Source of the DNA: Candidatus Rehaiarchaeum fermentans
GTDB taxonomy: Archaea > Nanobdellota > Nanobdellia > Parvarchaeales > Parvarchaeaceae
Reading direction: 5' to 3'
Assembly (NCBI GenBank): GCA_025920435.1
Contig: JAPDLT010000002.1
Span: 199 to 64,198 of the forward strand
Length of the DNA stretch: 64,000 nt
Shown: piece after piece, positions 8,393 to 15,998 of the stretch
Numbering within the stretch: position 1 is the stretch's first letter
Layout of the letters: each line of letters opens with the position of its first letter
Translations under genes and position numbers: made by a program
Notes under the pieces: generated by a model
Database searches by the model: none
What the model saw: only the letters and a program-made list of their open reading frames with translations
What the model was told of the DNA's origin: nothing

Positions 8393-8493
8393 AAGTCCTG
8401 GATGAAGCTTTTAACCGGGTGGTTGCGGGTTCAAATCCCGTCAGACCCACTTAGGGTCTGTAGCTCAATCCGGTAGAGCATCCGTCAGGACTT
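8393..8493 (+). tRNA. circularly permuted tRNA-Lys(UUU) gene: leader, 3' half (pos 31-73), 4-nt linker, 5' half (pos 1-30), trailer
   Basis: 8407-8449 reads G-CTTTTAA-CCGGG-TGGTT-GCGGG-TTCAAAT-CCCGT-CAGACCC-A. 8454-8484 reads GGGTCTG-TA-GCTC-AATCCGGTA-GAGC-A-TCCG. The acceptor strands are perfectly complementary, and the anticodon stem forms only after joining 8484 to 8407. Leader and trailer form a BHB: outer helix 8393-8400/8486-8493, central helix GATG/CATC, and 3-nt bulges AA^G and CG^T. A T-run at 8492-8495 follows. Confidence 0.8.
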
Positions 8494-8528
8494 TTAAAGA
8501 TTATATCGATATAGTTTATAGTATCTTA

Positions 8529-10055
8529 ATGGAAATACTAGATCAATACAAAATAGAAAAGGATGGATTAGTAGCGGATGTAAAAATAATAAGAGATCCT
8601 CAAAAATTTGTTTTACAATATAACATAACAGTACCAGAAATAAATCCTGCTATAAGTGCAATATTCAATGATATAAGAACCGATTTAATAAGAAACTATC
8701 CTGAAAAAGTAGATGAATTTTCAAAAGATCTGAATAACCAAAAGCTAAGACTAGAATTTTTAAATGAAATAAATAAAAGAGTTTCTTCGTATTTACCTGG
8801 GTACGATGAATCAAAAATAAAGGCTTATTCCGCAATGTTATTACATCAGATGTTTGGAATCGGTAAATTAGAAATAATTACAGCCGATGAAAATCTAGAA
8901 GAAATAGTAGCTAATAAATCGAAAAGCCCAGTATTTGTTTATCATAAAAAATTTGGTTGGTTAGAAAGTAATGTAAAAATAGATAGTGAAGAAGAAATTT
9001 ATAGCTATGCGCAATCTATAGGAAGACAAGTAGGCAGACAAATAACTACACTTTCTCCATTAATGGATGCTCAGTTGCCTTCAGGAGACAGAGTTAATGC
9101 GACACTTGCCCCTATTTCGATTCAGGGTAACACTTTAGACATTCGTAAGTTTAGAGCGGAGCCTTGGACCTTTATTGATTTCATAAAAAACCAAACTTTA
9201 ACAACTGAAATAGTAGCTACGTTGTGGGAGGGATTGCAGTATGAAATGTCAATAATTGTTACTGGAGGTACTGCTTCAGGTAAAACAAGCATGCTAAACG
9301 TATTAATGCCACTAATGCCTCCTAATCAAAGAATAATAACTATAGAAGATACTCACGAATTAGTATTGCCAAAATTCATGCATTGGGTTCCCTTAGTAAC
9401 TCGCCCTCCTAACAATGAAGGAAAGGGAGAAGTATCGATGCTAGATCTTCTAATAAACTCTTTGAGAATGAGACCTGATAGAATAGTAGTAGGAGAAGTT
9501 AGAAGAAAAGAAGAAGTAGAGACACTATTTGAAGGTTTAATGACTGGTCACGCAGTTTATGCTACAATACACGCAGATACTGCTCAACAAGTAATCAAAA
9601 GACTTCTATCCGCACCTATAGAACTACCAGAAATAGAACTATCTGCGATGGATTTAATTTTGACTGCTTTTAGACAAAGAAGAACAGGTATAAGAAGACT
9701 TAGAGAAATAGCAGAAATAGCAGAAACTTATTCTGCAGGAAAAATGGAAATTAAGGCAAATAATATATTTGAATGGAATTCTAGAACAGATAAAATAGAA
9801 AGAACTACAAATCCTTCACTAAAATTCTATTCTAAGATTTATAGTTATACAGGATTATCGCAAAAAGAAATAGATGATGAAATAAATGAAAAGAAGAAAG
9901 TTATAGAATGGATGTTAAGAAAAAACGTAAATGGAGTAGATAATTTAGGTTATATAATAGCTACTTATTACATCGATAAAAATAGCGTATTAAATATTGT
10001 TGAAAAGGATGGTGATCCTCAGCTATTGCTTTCACAGTATGGAAAACAAAATTAA
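8529..10055 (+). CDS. type IV pilus/archaellum-family assembly ATPase (FlaI/PilB/VirB11 superfamily)
   Basis: 508 aa. Walker A IVTGGTASGKTSMLN, RIITIEDTHEL (Asp box), Walker B RPDRIVVGEVR and His box GHAVYATIHA are present. Confidence 0.85.
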   Translation: MEILDQYKIEKDGLVADVKIIRDPQKFVLQYNITVPEINPAISAIFNDIRTDLIRNYPEKVDEFSKDLNNQKLRLEFLNEINKRVSSYLPGYDESKIKAYSAMLLHQMFGIGKLEIITADENLEEIVANKSKSPVFVYHKKFGWLESNVKIDSEEEIYSYAQSIGRQVGRQITTLSPLMDAQLPSGDRVNATLAPISIQGNTLDIRKFRAEPWTFIDFIKNQTLTTEIVATLWEGLQYEMSIIVTGGTASGKTSMLNVLMPLMPPNQRIITIEDTHELVLPKFMHWVPLVTRPPNNEGKGEVSMLDLLINSLRMRPDRIVVGEVRRKEEVETLFEGLMTGHAVYATIHADTAQQVIKRLLSAPIELPEIELSAMDLILTAFRQRRTGIRRLREIAEIAETYSAGKMEIKANNIFEWNSRTDKIERTTNPSLKFYSKIYSYTGLSQKEIDDEINEKKKVIEWMLRKNVNGVDNLGYIIATYYIDKNSVLNIVEKDGDPQLLLSQYGKQN

Positions 10056-10941
10056 AATACCATCTATTTTAGTGCCTCCTCACATTGCAATAAAGCGTGG
10101 AGAAATCTTTAAAAATTTAGCAAATTCTATTGCTTATAGAAATCCAGAGCTTAAAAATAATTTGGCAGAAGCAGGGATAGATATAACACCTGCCACTTAC
10201 ATTGGAGCAGGACTATATTCGCTTGTAAATCTCTTAATCTTGCTTATCATAATTACTGTTTTTATTGTTTATATAGGAATAGAAAAAGCAGTTTTAAGTC
10301 AAAAATTCATTGTTTTATTAGTATTGATGGATTTAATAGTTCCATTCATGTATTACTTTTACTACTTAAACTATCCTAAGCTAAGAGCAATACAAAGAAT
10401 GAAAGATATGGAAACTTACTTACCGATCTTTCTAAGAGAGATTTTAGTGAAGGTAAGGGCAGGCGAACCACTTTTTAACTCGATTTTAGAAACAGCTCAG
10501 TCTACGAAAGGTGAACTTAGATCAGTTTTATCTAAGATAGTCCAAAGAGCCGAATCAGGAGAAGAACTAAGTAAGGCATTTGAAAATGAAGCAAAAAATG
10601 TACCTTCTAATCTAGTAAGAAGAGTGTTAGAATCTATAAGCAATGCGGTAAAATCAGGAGGAGATTTATCTAGTACGATAGAAACTTTAAACGATTATAC
10701 TTTAAACCATCAGCAAAGCAGATTTCAAGCTTATTCTCGATCATTATTGCCATTTTCGTTAGCGTATATGCTAATATGTGTAGTTTTACCCAGTCTAGGA
10801 AATACAATATTAATATTGCTTTCTTCTTTCGCTGGCGTTAATATATCAGTTATTTTAATCGTATTTCCAATATTAGTGCTTGTATTCGAGTTTATTTTCA
10901 TAAGCATGATAAAGCAAAACAAACCTGAACTAGGAGTATGA
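10039..10941 (+). CDS. type II secretion system F-domain membrane protein (TadB/FlaJ N-half-like)
   Basis: One T2SSF domain (LPIFLREILVKVRAGEPLFNSILE...AVKSGGDLSSTIETL) plus TM helices. I prefer ATG 10039 (MENKIKIP) to the track start at 9997. Confidence 0.75.
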   Translation: MENKIKIPSILVPPHIAIKRGEIFKNLANSIAYRNPELKNNLAEAGIDITPATYIGAGLYSLVNLLILLIIITVFIVYIGIEKAVLSQKFIVLLVLMDLIVPFMYYFYYLNYPKLRAIQRMKDMETYLPIFLREILVKVRAGEPLFNSILETAQSTKGELRSVLSKIVQRAESGEELSKAFENEAKNVPSNLVRRVLESISNAVKSGGDLSSTIETLNDYTLNHQQSRFQAYSRSLLPFSLAYMLICVVLPSLGNTILILLSSFAGVNISVILIVFPILVLVFEFIFISMIKQNKPELGV

Positions 10942-11960
10942 AAATAAGATTTGAAAATTTGTTATTAAAATCACAAAGAGAAGAAATTAAAAATTACTTG
11001 ATATATGCACAAATAAGAATATATAACGTAGTGGAATTCGAAAGAACAATAGTGATATTTATTTTAATAGGAGCTTTACTTGCATTCTTGATCTCGCTTA
11101 AATATTTACCTTTAAGTAATTTTCAATACAAAATACTTTTTTCGTTTTTAATAGGTTTAGGAGTTTGGTTTTTTCTACCTCTTGTAATTATATCAATACT
11201 ATCATTCTTAGCAGATTCTGTAGCAGCTGAAATTAATAAGTCTTTATCCGATGCATTATTCACAATGGCAACTAATATAAGATCAGGAACAGTGCCAGAA
11301 CAAGCTTTTATTGCTTCAATCAGGCCTCAGTTTGGTCCTTTAAACAATCTATTAAGATATGCAGCTGTAGAAATAGAAAGTGGAAAAACTTTTACAGATA
11401 CAATAAAAGAAATATCAGAATTAACTACATCAGAAAGCTTTAGAGAATCCATGAGAATACTTGCAGAAGGAATTAGATCTGGAGCAGAAATTGATAAAAT
11501 TTTAGAATCATTAGCAACAAATATTCTAAAGCGAGAAAATCTACAAGAACAAATGGCGGCAGAAATAAAAAGCTATGAGATGTTTATACTAGGAACTTCG
11601 TTGCTTGCGGCTCCTTTGCTGTATGGAATTTCTTTTATTATGATAACAATACTTACCGGTCTTTTATCTTCCGTAAACACTGGGCATATAAATTTAAGTA
11701 CAAATCTAGGAATATTTAGCAACATAAATTTCTCAAATATAAATATAAACCCAGTTTTGTTACAAGCAGCATATTTACTTAATATTATTATAGTAACAGC
11801 ATCAGCTGCATTAATAAATGCAGAATTAGAAAAGGGAAGCGTAAAATACGGAATAGTTTCATTACCGTTGTACGTAATAATAGGATTATCTATATTTTTA
11901 GCAATATCAATGCTAGGTCCTTCCTTGCTATCGCAATTAATACATGTACCTTTGCATTAA
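10938..11960 (+). CDS. type II secretion system F-domain membrane protein (TadC/FlaJ C-half-like)
   Basis: 340 aa. One T2SSF domain (TMATNIRSGTVPEQAF...AEGIRSGAEIDKILESL) plus TM helices. 4-nt overlap with the previous gene. Confidence 0.75.
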   Translation: MKIRFENLLLKSQREEIKNYLIYAQIRIYNVVEFERTIVIFILIGALLAFLISLKYLPLSNFQYKILFSFLIGLGVWFFLPLVIISILSFLADSVAAEINKSLSDALFTMATNIRSGTVPEQAFIASIRPQFGPLNNLLRYAAVEIESGKTFTDTIKEISELTTSESFRESMRILAEGIRSGAEIDKILESLATNILKRENLQEQMAAEIKSYEMFILGTSLLAAPLLYGISFIMITILTGLLSSVNTGHINLSTNLGIFSNINFSNININPVLLQAAYLLNIIIVTASAALINAELEKGSVKYGIVSLPLYVIIGLSIFLAISMLGPSLLSQLIHVPLH

Positions 11961-11961
11961 T

Positions 11962-12852
11962 TCAATATTTCATCGTAGAGAGCACTAAATACAAAATACT
12001 TACACTAATGAAAATTCCGCCAACTAAAGTTATTAAAAATACATAATATGAAATTTGGGAATTACCAAGAAATTCTATCATATCAATCCTCCCTAAAATA
12101 TAAGGATAAAATGAAGAAGATACAATAAATATACTTAAAAAAACTAGCACTAGGGAAATTAAGGTAACAAATTTACTTTTCACAAACATAAATATTAAAA
12201 ATAAAACGACGATTGCAGCATAAATATAAATCAAATATAAATTGATAGTGAAGAAATTATAGTTAAGTCTTAAGAAAGCTAGCAATGATGAAAAAATCAA
12301 AATATATAAAATGAAGAGAATAAGATTCTTTTTTTCAGAAAATATGATGTTTCCTATAAATAAAGATGAAACAAACCCTACTATTAAAAGAACATATAGC
12401 AAAGGATTAGTAAACCATTTAAACCAATTAATTGATTTTGTAAGTAAGTTTATTCCGTAACCATTAGAGGCATTGGCCAATAATGAAAAAACTAGAAACC
12501 AGAGAATAAGAGAAGTAATTATAAATAAATATTTCGATTCTTCGGAAGATTTGTTTTCGAAGTTAGAAAAAAAGTAATTACGAAGTAAAAACAACAATCC
12601 TGCAATTAATATGGGAATAATAAATACTGAACTTATTAATGGTATTGCTAACGGAAATGTTGCTTCTGTATTAACAACATAAAACACCCCAAAAGTACCT
12701 AAAACTTCCCAAATAGGTAAAAAGTACTTCTTTATTTTTTCTTTATATTTTTTGTAATTTAAAATTGAATAAATTACTACGCTGTTATCGTATAAAACTA
12801 ATAATAAAAATGCAGAAAATATCAAATAATTAATAAGAAAAGGGCCATTCAT
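11962..12852 (-). CDS. cydB: cytochrome bd oxidase subunit II (short form)
   Basis: 296 aa, about 8 TM helices, and a PIWE motif (FLPIWEVLGTFGVF) resembling the CydB PVWDGNEVW region. 4-nt overlap downstream of cydA. Confidence 0.65.
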   Translation of the reverse strand: MNGPFLINYLIFSAFLLLVLYDNSVVIYSILNYKKYKEKIKKYFLPIWEVLGTFGVFYVVNTEATFPLAIPLISSVFIIPILIAGLLFLLRNYFFSNFENKSSEESKYLFIITSLILWFLVFSLLANASNGYGINLLTKSINWFKWFTNPLLYVLLIVGFVSSLFIGNIIFSEKKNLILFILYILIFSSLLAFLRLNYNFFTINLYLIYIYAAIVVLFLIFMFVKSKFVTLISLVLVFLSIFIVSSSFYPYILGRIDMIEFLGNSQISYYVFLITLVGGIFISVSILYLVLSTMKY

Positions 12853-14282
12853 AGTCGCTTCATTTCGTTTTCTATGCTTTCTTTAGAACTAACCTTTTTT
12901 ATCAAAAAGTAAGTTAAAGGAATAATAGAAGAATAAAATAAAACAATCATAATTGAAAACACTTCAGTAAATGAAGAATATTCTGCTCCTTGATTAACTG
13001 TCATAACATCATATATTATCCAAGGCTGTCTACCAACTTCTGCAGTAACCCATCCAAGCTCCAGAGTAATTATTGAAAGAATAGATACAAAAATAATTAA
13101 ATAAAGCAAAAATTTGCTATTTAAGCTAAAGAATTTATTAATAAATCTTATACGTAAATTTCTTGCTTCAAAAAGTAAAAATAAAAACGCAATTAAAAAA
13201 ACGATAAAAATAACAAAACCACTTAATGCCATAAAATCAAAAGTGTCATGCACAAATAAAGGAGGCCAACTTGCATCGTTATAAAGATAAGCAGGCACAT
13301 TTTGGTAAAGAGAAGGATATAAGGAAGGAGGAAAAGTAGTAGCATTAAATTCTTTTAATCCTGGAGCAGTCCCTCCTAACAGAAAACTTTGAAGGCGTGG
13401 AATTACAAGTGCATCTTTTACAACTAAACTTCCATTCTGGGTTATTTCCGGAATTCCAAATATAATTTCTGAAGCATTCGAAGAGGGAGCATAATTAGCT
13501 TCTAATGCAGCGTATTTTTCTGGCTGAGTATTCGCAAGTGATTTTATTGAATCCATTCCTGAAATACCTGTTAACAATATCCCTATAAAACCTAAAATAA
13601 GGAGCAATCTAAGTGATTTATTATAAAATATTTTAGATTCTTCAGAAGTGCTTCTAAAGAGTGAAAAAATAACATAAATAAGAACAATAGATACTGCTAC
13701 AAGAAAGGAGCTAGGCAAAACGTGAGATATTTCTACAAAAGTGCTAGGAGTATTAAATACAGATAAAGGGTTTACATCCGTTATTATACCCTTAGTTAAA
13801 TAAGCTTGTATGTTGAACCCAGTAGGTGTATTCATGAAAGCGTTTATCATTGTTATAAGTGCACCTGAAAGAGACGCACCTATTGCAATTATTAAACCTG
13901 AAATAATATGAGAAATTTTACCTAAGTTCTTTAGTGAATAGAAATACACTCCAATAAATATAGATTCAGCAAAAAATGCAAATACTTCTACATAAAATGG
14001 CAATATTGCGACTTGCCCAACCAAAGTCATAAAATTCGGCCATAAGACAAACAATTCCAATGCAACGATTATACCTGATGCAGTTCCTATGGCAAATAAT
14101 ACTATAAAGGGCCTAATTAACTTTTTAGCAAGTAAGAGAAAATACTTATCTTTTCTTCCCAGTATTTCTGAAATAACAATTATAATTGGAAGCCCTATTC
14201 CTAAAGAAGCAAATATTATATGAACACCTAAAGAAAATCCCTGAATAAATCTACTAAAAATCAAATAACTAGCTAAATCCAT
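12849..14282 (-). CDS. cydA: cytochrome bd oxidase subunit I
   Basis: 477 aa. Conserved N-terminal His (FSLGVHIIFASLG) and the hallmark GWVTAEVGRQPWIIY motif are present. The protein is multi-TM. Confidence 0.9.
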   Translation of the reverse strand: MDLASYLIFSRFIQGFSLGVHIIFASLGIGLPIIIVISEILGRKDKYFLLLAKKLIRPFIVLFAIGTASGIIVALELFVLWPNFMTLVGQVAILPFYVEVFAFFAESIFIGVYFYSLKNLGKISHIISGLIIAIGASLSGALITMINAFMNTPTGFNIQAYLTKGIITDVNPLSVFNTPSTFVEISHVLPSSFLVAVSIVLIYVIFSLFRSTSEESKIFYNKSLRLLLILGFIGILLTGISGMDSIKSLANTQPEKYAALEANYAPSSNASEIIFGIPEITQNGSLVVKDALVIPRLQSFLLGGTAPGLKEFNATTFPPSLYPSLYQNVPAYLYNDASWPPLFVHDTFDFMALSGFVIFIVFLIAFLFLLFEARNLRIRFINKFFSLNSKFLLYLIIFVSILSIITLELGWVTAEVGRQPWIIYDVMTVNQGAEYSSFTEVFSIMIVLFYSSIIPLTYFLIKKVSSKESIENEMKRL

Positions 14283-14331
14283 GAATATTATTTTTGTCTA
14301 AAAATTAAAAGTATAAAAGCTTGAATTTTAG

Positions 14332-14403
14332 AGCCACAGGAGGGATTTGAACCCTCAACCTCCTGCTTACAAGGCAAGCGCTCTGCCGTTGAGCTACTGT
14401 GGC
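14332..14403 (-). tRNA. tRNA-Thr(UGU)
   Basis: Reverse complement is GCCACAG-TA-GCTC-AACGGCA-GAGC-G-CTTGC-CTTGTAA-GCAGG-AGGTT-GAGGG-TTCAAAT-CCCTC-CTGTGGC-T, a complete cloverleaf. Confidence 0.9.
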
Positions 14404-14597
14404 CTCACTTATTATTTTTATTATTCTTACCTCTAAAACTTTTATTTTGAATAAAGCAAGCTTAATGATTTATTTTAAAGCTCTTTTTGATTAAATAATA
14501 ATTTAAGTCTTTCTCAGTTTGACACATAAAAAGGCCTAGAGAGCTTATCTTGAACGTCTTTCAAAAAGTTGAGATATTTATAAGCAGTGGGAAAGGT

Positions 14598-14722
14598 TGC
14601 AGGGGGTGGGATTCGAACCCACGAAGGCCTAATGCCACAGGATTTCCAATCATTGATTAATCTCTTTACTTAAGATATAGAGATCTTAAGTCCTGCGCGT
14701 TTAACCGCTTCGCTACCCCTGC
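14598..14722 (-). tRNA. tRNA-Leu(UAA), class II, with a 41-nt intron at 37/38
   Basis: Reverse complement is GCAGGGG-TA-GCG..CGC-G-CAGGA-CTTAAG[41-nt insert]A-TCCTG-TGGCATTAGGCCTTC-GTGGG-TTCGAAT-CCCAC-CCCCTGC-A. The long variable arm plus discriminator A73 supports Leu rather than Ser. Confidence 0.75.
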
Positions 14723-14755
14723 TTTGATATATAATAAAAATATAAAATAAGTTAT

Positions 14756-14869
14756 TTAACTTCTCATCTTCATTAGTTTTCTCTTTCTCTTCCTTTCTCT
14801 TATTCTTTGTTTTCTGGTTTTCCACCTATTAATGTGCCATTTCTTCCACTTTTTTGAACTTCTTTTCAT
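14756..14869 (-). CDS. rpl41e: ribosomal protein eL41 (37 aa, below the ORF-track cutoff)
   Basis: My translation is MKRSSKKWKKWHINRWKTRKQRIRERKRKRKLMKMRS*. The extreme Arg/Lys content and KRSS..W..KK..RW pattern resemble archaeal L41e. It starts 4 nt after the upstream co-directional gene. Confidence 0.7.
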   Translation of the reverse strand: MKRSSKKWKKWHINRWKTRKQRIRERKRKRKLMKMRS

Positions 14870-14873
14870 AACT

Positions 14874-15305
14874 TTAATCTCTTTTATATAATAAAATTTT
14901 CTCCCCCTTTTCGATCAAAACTTTATTTATTTCTCTGAGAAGTTCCTCCTTACTATCTATAGTAGAAGGTAATTTAGATGATAAGGAGAAAACTTTAAAA
15001 TAGTAATGATGAACACCATGTCCTTTAGGTGGAAAAGGACCATCATAGCCTCTTCTTCCAAAATCGTTAATTAACTGAATAGCTTTATCATAATTACGAG
15101 GAATACCTTTCTCTAAAAAGTTTTTTTCTATATTAAATATCAGCCAATGAGTGAATGTTCCTCCTGGAGCGTCTGGATCTTCCATTATTAATGCATAATA
15201 GGCACCATTTTTGCTCCATTCTATACGAGGAGAAATGTTTTCACCTTCAAGAGTATATTCCTTTGGAAAGTAATCACCCTTTATGTCAGGAAATATTATT
15301 TCCAT
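14874..15305 (-). CDS. PEBP/YbhB-family protein (Raf kinase inhibitor-like)
   Basis: 143 aa. SPRIEW...IMEDPDAPGGTFTHWLIFNI...GYDGPFPPKGHGVHHYYFKVFSL are canonical PEBP motifs. Confidence 0.85.
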   Translation of the reverse strand: MEIIFPDIKGDYFPKEYTLEGENISPRIEWSKNGAYYALIMEDPDAPGGTFTHWLIFNIEKNFLEKGIPRNYDKAIQLINDFGRRGYDGPFPPKGHGVHHYYFKVFSLSSKLPSTIDSKEELLREINKVLIEKGEKILLYKRD

Positions 15306-15341
15306 TAAATTTATATAGCATTTAATATTATTAAGATTAGA

Positions 15342-15719
15342 ATGGGAATAAGCACTGGAGATGATGGAAGAAAAAGAAGCGGAGGGCTTAAAGGCAAATG
15401 GAGAGATAAAAGAAGATATGAAATAACAAGTCCTTCTTCAATACCTACTCTAGGTGAAAGAAAAATAAAGATAGTAAGGGGAAGAGGGGCTAATAAAAAG
15501 GTAAGAATATTAAGTGACAATTACGGCGTTCTATTTAGTAAAAATGAAAAACCTAAAAAAGTTAAAATAATCAAAGTGTTAGAAAATGCGGCAAATAGAG
15601 AATATGCAAGACGATTTGTATTAACAAAAGGAGCTATAGTTGAAACTGAAGCGGGAAAAGGAAAAATAATAAGTAGACCCGGACAGGATGGAGTAATAAA
15701 TATTCTGAAAATAGAATAA
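15342..15719 (+). CDS. rps8e: 30S ribosomal protein eS8
   Basis: 125 aa. MGISTGDDGRKRSGG..RDKRRYE...RGRGANKKVR and the C-terminal ISRPGQDGVINILK are typical of S8e. Confidence 0.9.
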   Translation: MGISTGDDGRKRSGGLKGKWRDKRRYEITSPSSIPTLGERKIKIVRGRGANKKVRILSDNYGVLFSKNEKPKKVKIIKVLENAANREYARRFVLTKGAIVETEAGKGKIISRPGQDGVINILKIE

Positions 15720-15740
15720 AATAAAAAAAGAGTTTAAAAT

Positions 15741-15962
15741 TTAAACTCTAATCCTTAATATTAACAAAGCAATTACAAAAACTATTAGCCCTACTACAAA
15801 TTCAGCAATGTCATAGTATATTCCTGAAACGTAATGATTTACGATTGATAAAATTCCTAAAACTATTAGTACTGCAGAAAAGAATAAGAAGAATAGGCCC
15901 ATTACAGTATCTACATACAACTTGTGCTCATTTGTATACTTTAAAAAGTTTTCTCTTTTCAT
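15741..15962 (-). CDS. small membrane protein (2 TM), unknown
   Basis: 73 aa with two hydrophobic helices. It sits in an otherwise empty gap between flanking genes, and there is no homology signal. Confidence 0.4.
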   Translation of the reverse strand: MKRENFLKYTNEHKLYVDTVMGLFFLFFSAVLIVLGILSIVNHYVSGIYYDIAEFVVGLIVFVIALLILRIRV

Positions 15963-15998
15963 TTTTTTATTTATTTTTAGTAATATATAAGTTTTAAG

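Noticed and set aside
8393-8493. Alternative readings of the permuted tRNA: two independent split half-genes (Nanoarchaeum style) or two decayed tRNA fragments
   Set aside because: The halves are 4 nt apart on the same strand in 3'-then-5' order. Their acceptor strands match perfectly. The complementary leader and trailer flank the pair as a unit, and the BHB cut sites reproduce the junction required by the cloverleaf. Two independent fragments would not show all of this.
9997-10038. N-terminal extension (MLKRMVILSYCFHS) of the first T2SSF gene, and similar extensions at 51781, 49372, 58019, 58362 and 32042
   Set aside because: The extensions depend on non-ATG or upstream starts inside the preceding gene. 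Internal ATGs give N-termini that match the family consensus (e.g. [20 protein letters not shown]).
14598-14722. Reading the class II tRNA as tRNA-Ser (loop CTTGAAA or CTGGAAA if the intron were placed after position 33/34)
   Set aside because: The discriminator is A, which is Leu-like (archaeal Ser tRNAs normally have G73). The alternative splice registers give no acceptable BHB central helix.
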